From a virus, in IMG/VR virus record IMGVR_UViG_3300045988_075126, positions 64,001 to 128,000 of that record: a stretch of 64,000 nucleotides of DNA; one strand, 5' to 3'. Shown piece by piece: positions 50,979 to 59,962 of this stretch; positions within the stretch are counted from its first letter, which is position 1; the number at the start of each line of letters is the position of its first letter. Under the pieces are notes generated by a model. It was not told the origin of the DNA. It ran no database searches and saw only the letters and a program-made list of their open reading frames with translations. The position numbers and the translations under genes were made by a program.

Positions 50979-51320
50979 ATGGAAAAAGATAACTATTTTT
51001 TTAAGCTTTTATTTGTTCTTTTTATAATAGGAGTTGTTGTTTATGCGGCTATTGATGATAGTTCTCATAAAGGCAAAACTTTTTGGTATGAAGTAATAGA
51101 TAAGCGAGAGTCTGTAGGAAGTCACTTCTCAATTATTAATAAAGGAGTGAGGACAGATTATAATATAGTATTTAAACGAATTGATAACGGAAAGCTCTTT
51201 CCATGTAAAGATGTAGAGTATGGAGATTATATTCAATATCAGTTAAATCGAAAATACTATATAACAGAGGAAGATATGCAAAAGCTCTCAGGTGTTTATA
51301 ATAGGGATTTCTATAAGTAA
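50979..51320 (+). CDS. N-terminally anchored membrane protein
   Basis: TM FFKLLFVLFIIGVVVYAAI. Confidence 0.5.
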   Translation: MEKDNYFFKLLFVLFIIGVVVYAAIDDSSHKGKTFWYEVIDKRESVGSHFSIINKGVRTDYNIVFKRIDNGKLFPCKDVEYGDYIQYQLNRKYYITEEDMQKLSGVYNRDFYK

Positions 51321-51334
51321 TAAAAAGCGAGAAT

Positions 51335-51706
51335 ATGGAAAAATATAAGTATACGAACAAAGAGGAAAGACCCATCCCCAAATATAGGAATGGTGATATT
51401 GCTTGGTATATAGATGGTTGGTTTGAACATCCGCAACGCTGTATTATAAAGGGATGCTGCAACGTTTCTTGGTTCGAGGGGAACGAATTTAATCCTTCAG
51501 GTTGGTGGATAGATTATAAATACAAACCCGACTATTGTGAACGAACTAAACAGCATACAATTAGAGAGGAATCACTTTTTGATACCGAGCAAGAGGCTTT
51601 AATTGCATTATTCGAGGAGTTTAAAGATGAAGTAAAACGTAAATTAGACCTTTTTGGCAAAGAAGCAAATAGACTAGGCATAAAACAGCAATTGATGTTG
51701 CAATAA
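51335..51706 (+). CDS. hypothetical protein
   Basis: Last gene of + block. Confidence 0.55.
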   Translation: MEKYKYTNKEERPIPKYRNGDIAWYIDGWFEHPQRCIIKGCCNVSWFEGNEFNPSGWWIDYKYKPDYCERTKQHTIREESLFDTEQEALIALFEEFKDEVKRKLDLFGKEANRLGIKQQLMLQ

Positions 51707-51716
51707 TAAGAAAGGG

Positions 51717-51739
51717 TAGGGGAATCTATTCTTCCCCTA
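51717..51739. terminator. hairpin between convergent gene blocks (bidirectional terminator candidate)
   Basis: TAGGGGAA-7 nt-TTCCCCTA. Confidence 0.5.
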
Positions 51740-52163
51740 TCTCTTTTAAACCCAAATCTATTAATAGCTTATCCAATATCTCATTCACGTCATTACGGAA
51801 ACTTCGGTAAGTAACATAATAGAAACTGATATTCTTGTAATCATGGCTCACATTAGAACATGTACACCCCAAAACCTTAGCGATTTTCTCTCTTAGCCCT
51901 CTTCTCATCTTAGAACCGCCAAGGGCACTAGGAGAATAAAGATAAAGAATAACAAAGATAAATTGCTTGCGTACCATTGTGGAATTTCGTCCGGCATGAT
52001 AGCTCATAAACTTATCGTAAATATTGCCTACTTGCGATAAATCTTGCATCAATGGAATGGAAAGACTTATTTCTTCCTTGGATAAGATGGCCTTAGTTTC
52101 TCTAATCCATTTTATGCGTTCCATGATTTTCTTTAGATTCATTTCAATGTCTGGTTCTTTCAT
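51726..52163 (-). CDS. putative HTH protein (DnaA C-terminal-domain-like)
   Basis: ..RKQFIFVILYLYS....LREKIAKVLGCTCSNVSHDYKNI.. weakly resembles DnaA domain IV. Confidence 0.4.
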   Translation of the reverse strand: MKEPDIEMNLKKIMERIKWIRETKAILSKEEISLSIPLMQDLSQVGNIYDKFMSYHAGRNSTMVRKQFIFVILYLYSPSALGGSKMRRGLREKIAKVLGCTCSNVSHDYKNISFYYVTYRSFRNDVNEILDKLLIDLGLKEIGEE

Positions 52164-52175
52164 TCTTTTCCGTTT

Positions 52176-52322
52176 TTAGTTCAACATTTCATAGACGAAG
52201 TTAACCTCGTCTGCATCTATTTGTTTTCTAAACATTTCTATGTCGAAAACTACCAACGAGCAGTGCTCAAACGAACTCTGCCCATTGATAACTTTTTCAA
52301 TTCTTTTAATCTTGTATTTCAT
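52176..52322 (-). CDS. small hypothetical protein (48 aa)
   Basis: ATGA overlap with upstream gene; read by eye. Confidence 0.35.
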   Translation of the reverse strand: MKYKIKRIEKVINGQSSFEHCSLVVFDIEMFRKQIDADEVNFVYEMLN

Positions 52323-52861
52323 TTTATTTCTATTAGAGTTAAAATGCAATATCCCAACAAGTCTTTATAGCTGTCAAGAATAGGCTCTTCTTTAGCATCC
52401 TCGTTCAAAGTAAGCAAAGAGCAAATACGATTAATTTTCTCTTGCAAATGACCGAATGCATACGGATAACCATCCTTAGAGAAACATTCCGAGAAAGCGT
52501 TTCCATACCGCTTATTCTTGGTTTTGAAAAGCTCGATTTGCGACCCGATGATGTCGTTATAATCAGAGACAATATACCAAGAGAGCGTAAGCAAGGCTTC
52601 CATCGCCATTACGCTGATATGATTTCGTAAGGTTTCTTTATCTTCAGAAGATGCACGAATCTCATACATAAGACGAAGGAAATTGGCTGCGCTTGAAAAT
52701 AATCCGAGCTTTCCGAAGTCCTCCCTTAGAGATGAAACGAAAGTGGCATTATCCTTGCATTCAATCATGTCTGCCAAATGTCTAATCTCAAAGATATACT
52801 TGTTAGCATATTCGCAACACCCATTGTTATTTTGCTCCACCATGTCCGTATCCTCCTCCAC
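52319..52861 (-). CDS. all-alpha MazG/DUF1599-like nucleotide-metabolism protein
   Basis: KNKRYGNAF..LQEKINRI..DSYKDLLGYCILTL pattern (memory). Confidence 0.4.
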   Translation of the reverse strand: MEEDTDMVEQNNNGCCEYANKYIFEIRHLADMIECKDNATFVSSLREDFGKLGLFSSAANFLRLMYEIRASSEDKETLRNHISVMAMEALLTLSWYIVSDYNDIIGSQIELFKTKNKRYGNAFSECFSKDGYPYAFGHLQEKINRICSLLTLNEDAKEEPILDSYKDLLGYCILTLIEIK

Positions 52862-53414
52862 GATTATTTTCCATATTCAACTCTCCAAGTATGCATTCTG
52901 GATTTTCTACCTTGCGGAATGCACCCTGACAAATACGAGTACCTTTCTTGACTACGAATACATAATAGTCGTAATCTGAATCAAGTTTAAATTTGCTATC
53001 TTCTGTCGGCATATAACGGTCGGAATTAACTCTATAAAGCGCACCAATATCGTCCCTGTAGTCTTCATCAACCAAACCTAGACAAATATCAATATCCGCT
53101 CTAACATTAGTCATGTAGCCAATTTGTGTTTCATCCTTGCCGATGAAAGCCACATCTACAAGCATACCTTTATCCGTAAAACCGGAACGTGAACGAATAT
53201 CCAAACCAACATCTTTAGGAAGTTCTACACCTAAATGCAGGTTTATGTGACCTCTACCCATTTTCACCCAAGGCATGTTCAAAACTACATCTTGTGGGCA
53301 GTAAAAATCAACTGCCGCAGCATTACCTTCCTTGTAAGGAACATTACCACCTCGCAAGTCAAGTACATAAGCCTTGCCTTGTGCAACTAACTTTTTTGTT
53401 AATTCCTTATCCAT
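52827..53414 (-). CDS. dut: dUTPase-like protein with insertions
   Basis: Motifs NAAAVDF, IRSRSG, GLVDEDYRDDIG, C-terminal NRGGGYGHGG. Confidence 0.6.
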   Translation of the reverse strand: MDKELTKKLVAQGKAYVLDLRGGNVPYKEGNAAAVDFYCPQDVVLNMPWVKMGRGHINLHLGVELPKDVGLDIRSRSGFTDKGMLVDVAFIGKDETQIGYMTNVRADIDICLGLVDEDYRDDIGALYRVNSDRYMPTEDSKFKLDSDYDYYVFVVKKGTRICQGAFRKVENPECILGELNMENNRGGGYGHGGAK

Positions 53415-53607
53415 TATATATAAAGCCTAAATCGTTTAAAGTTCTACAATTCTTAACCAGTCCTTTCGCCCATAAATTGCGTAACTCAGGTAATGGGTCT
53501 TTCCCATACCTATTCTTTATGGTTGCCAAAGTCAAGATTTCCGGTTTAATATGTTTATCTCTTTTCTGTTGCCTTAGTTCCTTCAGAATAGTCTCCAAGT
53601 TCTCCAT
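53407..53607 (-). CDS. hypothetical protein
   Basis: ORF track. Confidence 0.45.
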   Translation of the reverse strand: MENLETILKELRQQKRDKHIKPEILTLATIKNRYGKDPLPELRNLWAKGLVKNCRTLNDLGFIYNG

Positions 53608-54037
53608 TGACGAAATTCTCCATTGTTATATTGTCAATCCCAAATTTATCAGCCAGATCATCGTTCCCAATAATCAGCCAATTAGATTTGTCTTTGAGAA
53701 ACTCTATACTCTCGGTGCCTTTTGCAGCATCAACAAAAGTATCATCAATATTATCAGTAGAGCGATATGGAACTACCGCCTTATCAGCATACATAGCAAT
53801 TTCGTAAGTAATAACCGATAGCATTTTTGCGAATGTTATATCGCTTGAATACATTACTTGGTTCTTGTCATATCCTAAGATGTTGACACGGACTATATTA
53901 TCATCTGCTTGCAACGCTCTAAAGAAATCGTGCTTAAGCTGAAAATCCGTAATATCTACAGGATGCTCATTACCCGATGGAATACTTATAATATCCAACA
54001 GGCTTACAAAAATAACTTTTTTATTCTCCGTCTTCAT
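53555..54037 (-). CDS. hypothetical protein
   Basis: ORF track. Confidence 0.55.
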   Translation of the reverse strand: MKTENKKVIFVSLLDIISIPSGNEHPVDITDFQLKHDFFRALQADDNIVRVNILGYDKNQVMYSSDITFAKMLSVITYEIAMYADKAVVPYRSTDNIDDTFVDAAKGTESIEFLKDKSNWLIIGNDDLADKFGIDNITMENFVNGELGDYSEGTKATEKR

Positions 54038-54281
54038 CTGTTAATAATTTATCTATTGTTTTTTCTAATTCGTCTAATCTTAGAGTATAATCCTCTTTGT
54101 AAACACATGTCAATGTAGAAATAAAGAACTTGTCATTATCTGTTCTCAATTCAATCTCCATATATTCCTCATAATAGCTATCGTATTTAATCGCTAACGA
54201 AAAGGAGTTCATGTAATCAGGATTGAATCTTCTCTGCAAGGATTGTGCTCTTGTAAAAGCATCTTTAAATTCATCCGTCAT
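54021..54281 (-). CDS. hypothetical protein
   Basis: ORF track. Confidence 0.5.
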   Translation of the reverse strand: MTDEFKDAFTRAQSLQRRFNPDYMNSFSLAIKYDSYYEEYMEIELRTDNDKFFISTLTCVYKEDYTLRLDELEKTIDKLLTDEDGE

Positions 54282-54664
54282 GGCTTAATATTTTGTGTAA
54301 ACATTTCTCTGTTCTTTGCCATCGCATCGTGGAAGCCAATATCGTATCTGTCGGTTTGCTCCAGCTCATAGTTCCGCTTTATGAGTTCACTTGTCTGATA
54401 CGAACTCTTTGCTAGCTGAAGTTTAAAATAGATAAACTCAACGAACATTAACATAAAGCAAAGGATAAAACCGATAATCACCGCTACCTTTGTGTTCTCT
54501 TTACAGAACTTAACAATACACTTGGCAAGCCAGCATGTTGTACTAACTATGCCAACAAGTACAAGGTATGGAATTCGTATCAGAACCTTGCATAACATAC
54601 CCATAGTACTCTTCATATAAGATACGAAATCCGTACTTGTAAAAATTAACTTTAACTTATTCAT
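54278..54664 (-). CDS. membrane protein (2 TM)
   Basis: Hydrophobic stretches IRIPYLVLVGIVSTTCWL and VAVIIGFILCFMLMFVEFIYF. Confidence 0.55.
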   Translation of the reverse strand: MNKLKLIFTSTDFVSYMKSTMGMLCKVLIRIPYLVLVGIVSTTCWLAKCIVKFCKENTKVAVIIGFILCFMLMFVEFIYFKLQLAKSSYQTSELIKRNYELEQTDRYDIGFHDAMAKNREMFTQNIKP

Positions 54665-54672
54665 ATTTTAGC

Positions 54673-55152
54673 CTATTTAATGTTTACCAAAAGTCTCTTA
54701 TTAACGAACCACAACAAATCAATACCATTCATCATGCAATATCCGCAAAGCATGCCAATCAAGATTATAATCTTCTTGAACACTCGGTAATGTGTCATTT
54801 CAATCTTCAGCATAGACATCATTAAGTCTTCAAAGGAACGGTCTCTCATTGAATCTGGGTCTAGCCTCAACGATTTGACATTCATCTTGTACTTATTGGC
54901 CATTGAGAATAATGTAATAGCAAACTCTGCTAATTTGTCCTCTAGAGTTCCGGCAACGAGTTTAGAATATATTTCTATCGTGCCACGTCCGTTATCATTT
55001 TCATATTCCCAACGTTTGGCATTGAAACGACCTTCGTATTTGCGCATTTCTACAATAGCGTCAATTACGTTGAATGTTTCTGCTCTTTGGGTCTGGCTAG
55101 CAACATCAAAGTTGCAAGCCTCTATAATCTGTTCTATTTCTGCTATCTCCAT
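54673..55152 (-). CDS. hypothetical protein
   Basis: ORF track. Confidence 0.55.
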   Translation of the reverse strand: MEIAEIEQIIEACNFDVASQTQRAETFNVIDAIVEMRKYEGRFNAKRWEYENDNGRGTIEIYSKLVAGTLEDKLAEFAITLFSMANKYKMNVKSLRLDPDSMRDRSFEDLMMSMLKIEMTHYRVFKKIIILIGMLCGYCMMNGIDLLWFVNKRLLVNIK

Positions 55153-55153
55153 T

Positions 55154-55447
55154 TTACACTATTGAATCTAAGTCAAAATCATTAGACGGAATGAAAGCTA
55201 CATGGTCTTTCTCCCTTGTCATCGTTTTCTCTCCTGTTCGCACGCAATTAATTTGCTTGGGATTTTTATGTCGTACCACAAATGTTCCAAAGCTACGTAT
55301 CATAACACGGTCTCTGTTGCGCAACGACTGCTTGGTGAGGTCTATGAAATAATTCACAATGGCTTGAACATCATCCTTGCGGAACTTTTTGCCATTTACA
55401 TCTCTAAGGTTCTTAATGATTGCCTTGACAATTTCTTCTTTCTTCAT
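55154..55447 (-). CDS. HU/IHF-family DNA-binding protein
   Basis: ..VMIRSFGTFVVRHKNPKQ..RTGEK.. Confidence 0.75.
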   Translation of the reverse strand: MKKEEIVKAIIKNLRDVNGKKFRKDDVQAIVNYFIDLTKQSLRNRDRVMIRSFGTFVVRHKNPKQINCVRTGEKTMTREKDHVAFIPSNDFDLDSIV

Positions 55448-56153
55448 ATTCTCTAAGTTTTTTGTTCCCTAAACTTCTAATCAAGTCGTATGGGTCTATA
55501 CCATATTTCTTAACGAAACATTCTCTTAGCTTGCATATAGCCTTGAAATCGGCATTTGTTGTATTCTTGACTATCATATAAGCCGAGTCTAACCTTGCGT
55601 CTTCTTTTGGGGCTTTAACTCGAAAAAGCTTGTTGCCTTTATCGTCTTCGATAAGTTCTATGTAGACTTCTTGGCCTTTAGCTTTCTTTGTTGCAGCCCA
55701 TTCTTCATATGTGATAGCATTTTGTTTGATAGCCTCATCTTCTTTAGCCTCCTTTTCTTTCTGCATATTTGCTTCCATTGCATTAACGGCATCCATCCGT
55801 TGAAAGCAGAAAGTGTACAAGCTCTTGGTAATTACTTGCGGATTTGGCTTTTTGTAGAATTTTTCGAACTTTCCGGCAATAAACATCTTGAAGAAAGTAA
55901 TCAGTTCGTTCAGATTAAGGAAATAATACTCATCCTTTATGGCATTTGCAGTCATTATCTTGATATTGTCAGTAACCTCATTATTTACAAAGCCACAGAT
56001 TCCATATACATCTGAAACCCATGCTACAAGCCATGTTATTGCACTTCCTTCTCCATAACACAGATCAAGATAGGTTAGTGTCGGTGCGTTGCTCTTAAAA
56101 GCTTTTCCGATAGACATCTTACTACCTACTTGGCTTGATGGAGAGAAAGACAT
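55413..56153 (-). CDS. hypothetical replication-module protein
   Basis: Track ORF to 56315 overlaps upstream gene by 137 nt; internal ATG 56153 removes overlap. Confidence 0.5.
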   Translation of the reverse strand: MSFSPSSQVGSKMSIGKAFKSNAPTLTYLDLCYGEGSAITWLVAWVSDVYGICGFVNNEVTDNIKIMTANAIKDEYYFLNLNELITFFKMFIAGKFEKFYKKPNPQVITKSLYTFCFQRMDAVNAMEANMQKEKEAKEDEAIKQNAITYEEWAATKKAKGQEVYIELIEDDKGNKLFRVKAPKEDARLDSAYMIVKNTTNADFKAICKLRECFVKKYGIDPYDLIRSLGNKKLREYEERRNCQGNH

Positions 56154-56178
56154 TAGAACATCATCGAATGTTCCATAC

Positions 56179-56874
56179 TCATTGAATATTCGTTGCTTTT
56201 CTCTGTTGATTGAGACGCTGCACGAGGTCGGCTGACTCTTGATAATAGCCTTGCTCTGCGTCTTTATTAGTTCCTTGCTTTCTGTCATCATAATTTCCTT
56301 CCAATACTTTAACAAAATTATTTGGTTTCATAATCCAATCAAAACTTGCCATCCATCCATGACTTCCATTAAGAAATCCAGAAGAGGCTGCTTTATCTAT
56401 TACAAGTTTCATCTGCTCACTCCCGTATTCTTTAAGCCGTGAATTAATCATTGACTTTCTCTTCGATGTCAGGGCATGAACTAGAGGCATTCCTCTTCCA
56501 GCGATAACCTTATTGAAATATTCGCAAACCTTCTTTGCTTTATCATCCACTTGTGTTACACTAGGGACGTTATTTAGTGTTATACGTTCAGACTCTTTCT
56601 TATGCGGCTTAGGTTCTTCGCCTTCAGCAAATTCTATATTGTCTTCATGCTTCCAAATGAAGACTTTTCCGTTTCCAACTGAAAGCATCTGTTTCTCAAA
56701 TAACCCCTCAATAGCTTTCTTGGTTTTTGCTACCGACATACCTATCTTATCCGATAGTTCCTTGTTGCTCCCATACACATATCCGTCTTTATCAGCATTA
56801 AATGACAGACGGACGAAAGCGACCAATTCATCTGTATCCAAGCTACATGCTTTTTCGTCTAATTTTACTACCAT
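56179..56874 (-). CDS. DnaD/phage replication-initiation-like protein
   Basis: C-terminal ..FN.VI..R....LT..R...I..RLKEYG.E......W.ASFDWIMKPNNFVKVLEGNY. Confidence 0.6.
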   Translation of the reverse strand: MVVKLDEKACSLDTDELVAFVRLSFNADKDGYVYGSNKELSDKIGMSVAKTKKAIEGLFEKQMLSVGNGKVFIWKHEDNIEFAEGEEPKPHKKESERITLNNVPSVTQVDDKAKKVCEYFNKVIAGRGMPLVHALTSKRKSMINSRLKEYGSEQMKLVIDKAASSGFLNGSHGWMASFDWIMKPNNFVKVLEGNYDDRKQGTNKDAEQGYYQESADLVQRLNQQRKATNIQ

Positions 56875-56877
56875 ATC

Positions 56878-58050
56878 TTAAAAAAATGCATTTGTTAATT
56901 GTTTATTTCCACTCATTATTACCCACTTCCCTCTGCCGTTTTGGTCTAGCAATTTCAAGTCTTCAACTTTTCCGAATCTATCATAAGTACCGCAAAGGTC
57001 AACAAACCAAGGCTGTTTTCCTTTTGATAGTCTAAGAAGTCTTCCTACAACTTGATAGTATTGCGCTAAAGAGCGTGTTGGCTTTGCATACACTACAGTA
57101 TCTAACTCCGGATAGTCAAAGCCTACGACCAAGATTTGGCTATTTACCAGTACCTTAGTCTGCCCATTGCGGAAACGCTCGATGATAGCCTCACGTTCTT
57201 TAGGTGGTGTCTCTCCGCAGACCATTTCGCAGTTAGGTATGGAATAGGTCAACATCTGAGCCTCTTTAACGAACTTGGTAAAAACCAAGATGCCTTTACG
57301 TTGTCCACCTCGTTTCGGATTAAGTAATCTATTGACAACACTAACTAGCCATCCGTACAAATCTACACGTTCATATTCTTGCTTGACACTTTGGTCAGTG
57401 TAATCACGGCAAGTTGAATTGAGCTGCAAGTTTCCTTCGTTCCATTGTGGCGGTGGGCAAGAGTAATAGTTTGGCAGACAGATATATCCGTTCTTTGCCA
57501 TATCCTCAACTTGAACATAGTAAATAAGCTCCTTGAAAATCTTGTCTCGACTTCTTGTCAGAAACTTCAGTATGCTACCATAGTTCTGATAGGAATACAA
57601 GCGGAAAGGTGTTGCGGTTAAGCCTATGACCTTACTCTTTAATTTATCAAGAAACTCCTTATACATACCGGATTCAGGTTTCACTAAATGAACCTCATCA
57701 ATCAATATGTACTTGAAGTCAGTAAACAATTCGGGATGTCCTTTTACACTACCAATTGTAGCAAAAGTAACATCGCTGATTTCCTTTGATTTAAAACTAG
57801 CGGAATAGATGCTGGCATTATCAAATCCATAAGAACAATACTTCTTGTAGTTTTGTTCCAAAATTTCCTTAGTAGGAGAGAAAACAAGCACTTTATCCTT
57901 GAGTCTAGCAGCTATATCTGCCAAAATCAATGATTTGCCCGATGCTGTAGGGAGCACTTCCAGAGCGTTCCAGTTTTTCTTCTTATCCAAGAAAAACTCA
58001 ACAGCCTTCTTGCTTGCCTCTTCTTGATATGGTCTTAATTTAAACTTCAT
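56878..58050 (-). CDS. superfamily II DNA helicase (DEAD/DEAH, ResIII-like)
   Basis: PTASGKS, IDEVH, GLTATP, QVVGRLLR motifs. Confidence 0.85.
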   Translation of the reverse strand: MKFKLRPYQEEASKKAVEFFLDKKKNWNALEVLPTASGKSLILADIAARLKDKVLVFSPTKEILEQNYKKYCSYGFDNASIYSASFKSKEISDVTFATIGSVKGHPELFTDFKYILIDEVHLVKPESGMYKEFLDKLKSKVIGLTATPFRLYSYQNYGSILKFLTRSRDKIFKELIYYVQVEDMAKNGYICLPNYYSCPPPQWNEGNLQLNSTCRDYTDQSVKQEYERVDLYGWLVSVVNRLLNPKRGGQRKGILVFTKFVKEAQMLTYSIPNCEMVCGETPPKEREAIIERFRNGQTKVLVNSQILVVGFDYPELDTVVYAKPTRSLAQYYQVVGRLLRLSKGKQPWFVDLCGTYDRFGKVEDLKLLDQNGRGKWVIMSGNKQLTNAFF

Positions 58051-58135
58051 TTCACAAATAATATGAAATCACTTTTGTTACTATATAGGAATGCACAAGT
58101 CTTATGCATAACAAAAGCCTTTAGAGAAGACCTTA

Positions 58136-58158
58136 CAGTTTTTATGGTGTGTCTCACC
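58136..58158 (-). promoter_or_regulatory. leader element L9 GGTGAGACACACCATAAAAACTGT
   Basis: 24/24 identical to L10. Confidence 0.55.
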
Positions 58159-58168
58159 AAGACGATTG

Positions 58169-58200
58169 CAAAGGTACGAAGAATAATTTGATAATGCAAA
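58169..58200 (-). promoter_or_regulatory. Bacteroidetes-type promoter (TTTG-20-TAccTTTG) minus strand
   Basis: caaaggta 58169-58176, caaa 58197-58200. Confidence 0.6.
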
Positions 58201-58242
58201 TAATTTAGTGTTTATTATTAATGCGGTAACATTATTTAAACC

Positions 58243-58770
58243 TTATTGATTATCTTTTTCTTCATTCATTTTCAGAATTAGAGCCGCATAGTATTTATAG
58301 AGTTCCTGTAATTCAAACACAGACCAATTCTTTGCTTGATGTTTCATTACCTCCAATAAATCAACTTGTTGCTCTCCGAGCCGCTTTACTTCTTCCATAT
58401 CTAAAGGAACATGAGGATGCTTTTGCAAATAAGCCAATCTTCCAAGCTTCATTACTAAATTCTTTCTATAACCGATAAGATGGTCAGAAGAGAATCTGTT
58501 ACATCGTTTGCATTCCGCATTCTGATTACGTGTATCAAAGCGCAAGCTCATATGAGTTCGTCCGCAATAATGCCCATTGTCTGCTTGGTCGATTGGTAAT
58601 ATTCGTCCACAACTGATGCATCTGAAGTACTTATAGTGAAACTCCCTAGAGTCTCTCATGCGGATATAAACCGACATAAGTCTATCTAGCTTATCAACCC
58701 ACTTTTGCTTCTCGCTCCTTTGGCGTTTAGGCTTCTTTCCTCCTTTGTTGAATCTATCATAATATCCCAT
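58243..58770 (-). CDS. ninG: NinG/Rap-like recombination protein
   Basis: CISCG..DNGHY....LRFDTRNQNAECKRCN pattern as in lambda NinG. Confidence 0.7.
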   Translation of the reverse strand: MGYYDRFNKGGKKPKRQRSEKQKWVDKLDRLMSVYIRMRDSREFHYKYFRCISCGRILPIDQADNGHYCGRTHMSLRFDTRNQNAECKRCNRFSSDHLIGYRKNLVMKLGRLAYLQKHPHVPLDMEEVKRLGEQQVDLLEVMKHQAKNWSVFELQELYKYYAALILKMNEEKDNQ

Positions 58771-58803
58771 AATCTTTATCCTTTATCAAACCAAAAGTCA
58801 TAG

Positions 58804-58876
58804 TTGCTGCTGTGGGGGTCGAACCCACAACCTTTTTCCGATTTTGGCGGACGTTCTACCATTGAACTAAGCAGCA
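58804..58876 (-). tRNA. tRNA-like gene with aberrant anticodon arm (loop CCAAAAU, 4-bp stem)
   Basis: Perfect 7-bp acceptor, D arm with GG, T arm GTGGG-TTCGACC-CCCAC; C at position 33; long variable region. Confidence 0.5.
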
Positions 58877-58929
58877 CCACCCCATAGGGGGATTTCAAAC
58901 TAATTAAATAATAAGAAAAATGAAAAGCC

Positions 58930-59388
58930 TTACTCCTTTGGTTTACCCATATGCAAGAATACATCCATGATTGATGTTTCCTTAAGACTTGTAATATTGT
59001 AATCAATCATAGTCTTACCCATAATCTCATCTACATTCTTACGAGCCTTTTCAATGGTATCACCCTGCACAAGATAACGAACCTTGGTCTTCTTCTCCTT
59101 GCCAAATTTTTCGTCAAAAGTAATCATGTTAATACTGCAATCGTAGTATTTATCCTCACTATCTACTTCTGAAAGGAACAACTCGGAGAAACCAGCTTTC
59201 TTTATAGTGACAATCTCCATATCACCATTTGTGTACACCGCCATTTCTTCTGTAGTCTTAGCCTCGCATTCTGACCATGACAAGGCATCTACAACATATT
59301 GTTCAGTAGTCTTGGCGTTCGTTCCATCTTCTAGAGTCTTCTCATAACGAACACCTACAATAAAATACTTTCCTGTTAATGATTTCAT
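58930..59388 (-). CDS. DUF4494-like protein
   Basis: ..VRYEKTLEDG..EQYVVDALSWSECEAK..EEM.. resembles Bacteroidetes DUF4494 (memory). Confidence 0.55.
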   Translation of the reverse strand: MKSLTGKYFIVGVRYEKTLEDGTNAKTTEQYVVDALSWSECEAKTTEEMAVYTNGDMEIVTIKKAGFSELFLSEVDSEDKYYDCSINMITFDEKFGKEKKTKVRYLVQGDTIEKARKNVDEIMGKTMIDYNITSLKETSIMDVFLHMGKPKE

Positions 59389-59437
59389 ATTCTTATATCT
59401 TAAATTACTGAATGTGGTATTTTTGTCACCTACATCC

Positions 59438-59914
59438 TTACAAAAACTCTTTATTTAATTCTGCTTGCCTCTCCACCTGCGTCTGCCATACCATATAAGC
59501 ATGGTCTTGCGGAGTCGGTATGTATAATCCTCTTTCCATAGAGCAATGATGAAGCCATCGGTCTATACATAAAGACATTTCTTCTTTGTCAAGGTCTGGT
59601 ATGTGCCTCCAATATTGAAAGGTCTTTCCTTGCTTATTCTCACGCTCCCTAAGAAAAACATCCTTATTTACACGTTTGAACTCTTGTTCGATATAGTCCT
59701 TGGTATATCCCTCTTCTATAGCTACATAAGTGATTGTTACCCACAGATAAGCATTCTGTTGTATTGTCCTAGATTGTTGTCTTTCTTTAAGGTCAACAAC
59801 AAAGAACTTCTCATTATAATAATCACCTTGTAGTTTCTTGGCTTTGGCTATCATTGCCTTAGTCCGTTCCTCGAACTTTTCAAGCTCGACAGGATTCAAC
59901 ATATTATATACCAT
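59438..59914 (-). CDS. ninB: NinB/Orf-like recombination mediator
   Basis: RTIQQNAYLWVTITYVA parallels lambda RSLDQNRKLWACLGDVS. Confidence 0.5.
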   Translation of the reverse strand: MVYNMLNPVELEKFEERTKAMIAKAKKLQGDYYNEKFFVVDLKERQQSRTIQQNAYLWVTITYVAIEEGYTKDYIEQEFKRVNKDVFLRERENKQGKTFQYWRHIPDLDKEEMSLCIDRWLHHCSMERGLYIPTPQDHAYMVWQTQVERQAELNKEFL

Positions 59915-59962
59915 CTTTCTTTAATGAAAGGTGGAGAAAATTAATTCTCCACCATAATAAGT

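Noticed and set aside
53294-53821. 175-aa + strand ORF within the minus-strand early operon
   Set aside because: It overlaps the dUTPase-like and neighbouring minus-strand genes, has no promoter or start context and has junk composition.
56153-56315. Possible programmed +1 frameshift fusing DnaD-like 56179..56874 with 55413..56315 (the second ORF is in the +1 frame with a 137-nt overlap), which could have used the 8-nt-loop tRNA
   Set aside because: There is no in-frame ACC-A or other plausible +1 slip site in the overlap. An internal ATG at 56153 gives a clean non-overlapping downstream gene.
58776-59006. 76-aa minus-strand ORF
   Set aside because: It is built largely from the tRNA-like gene 58804-58876 and from an intergenic spacer.
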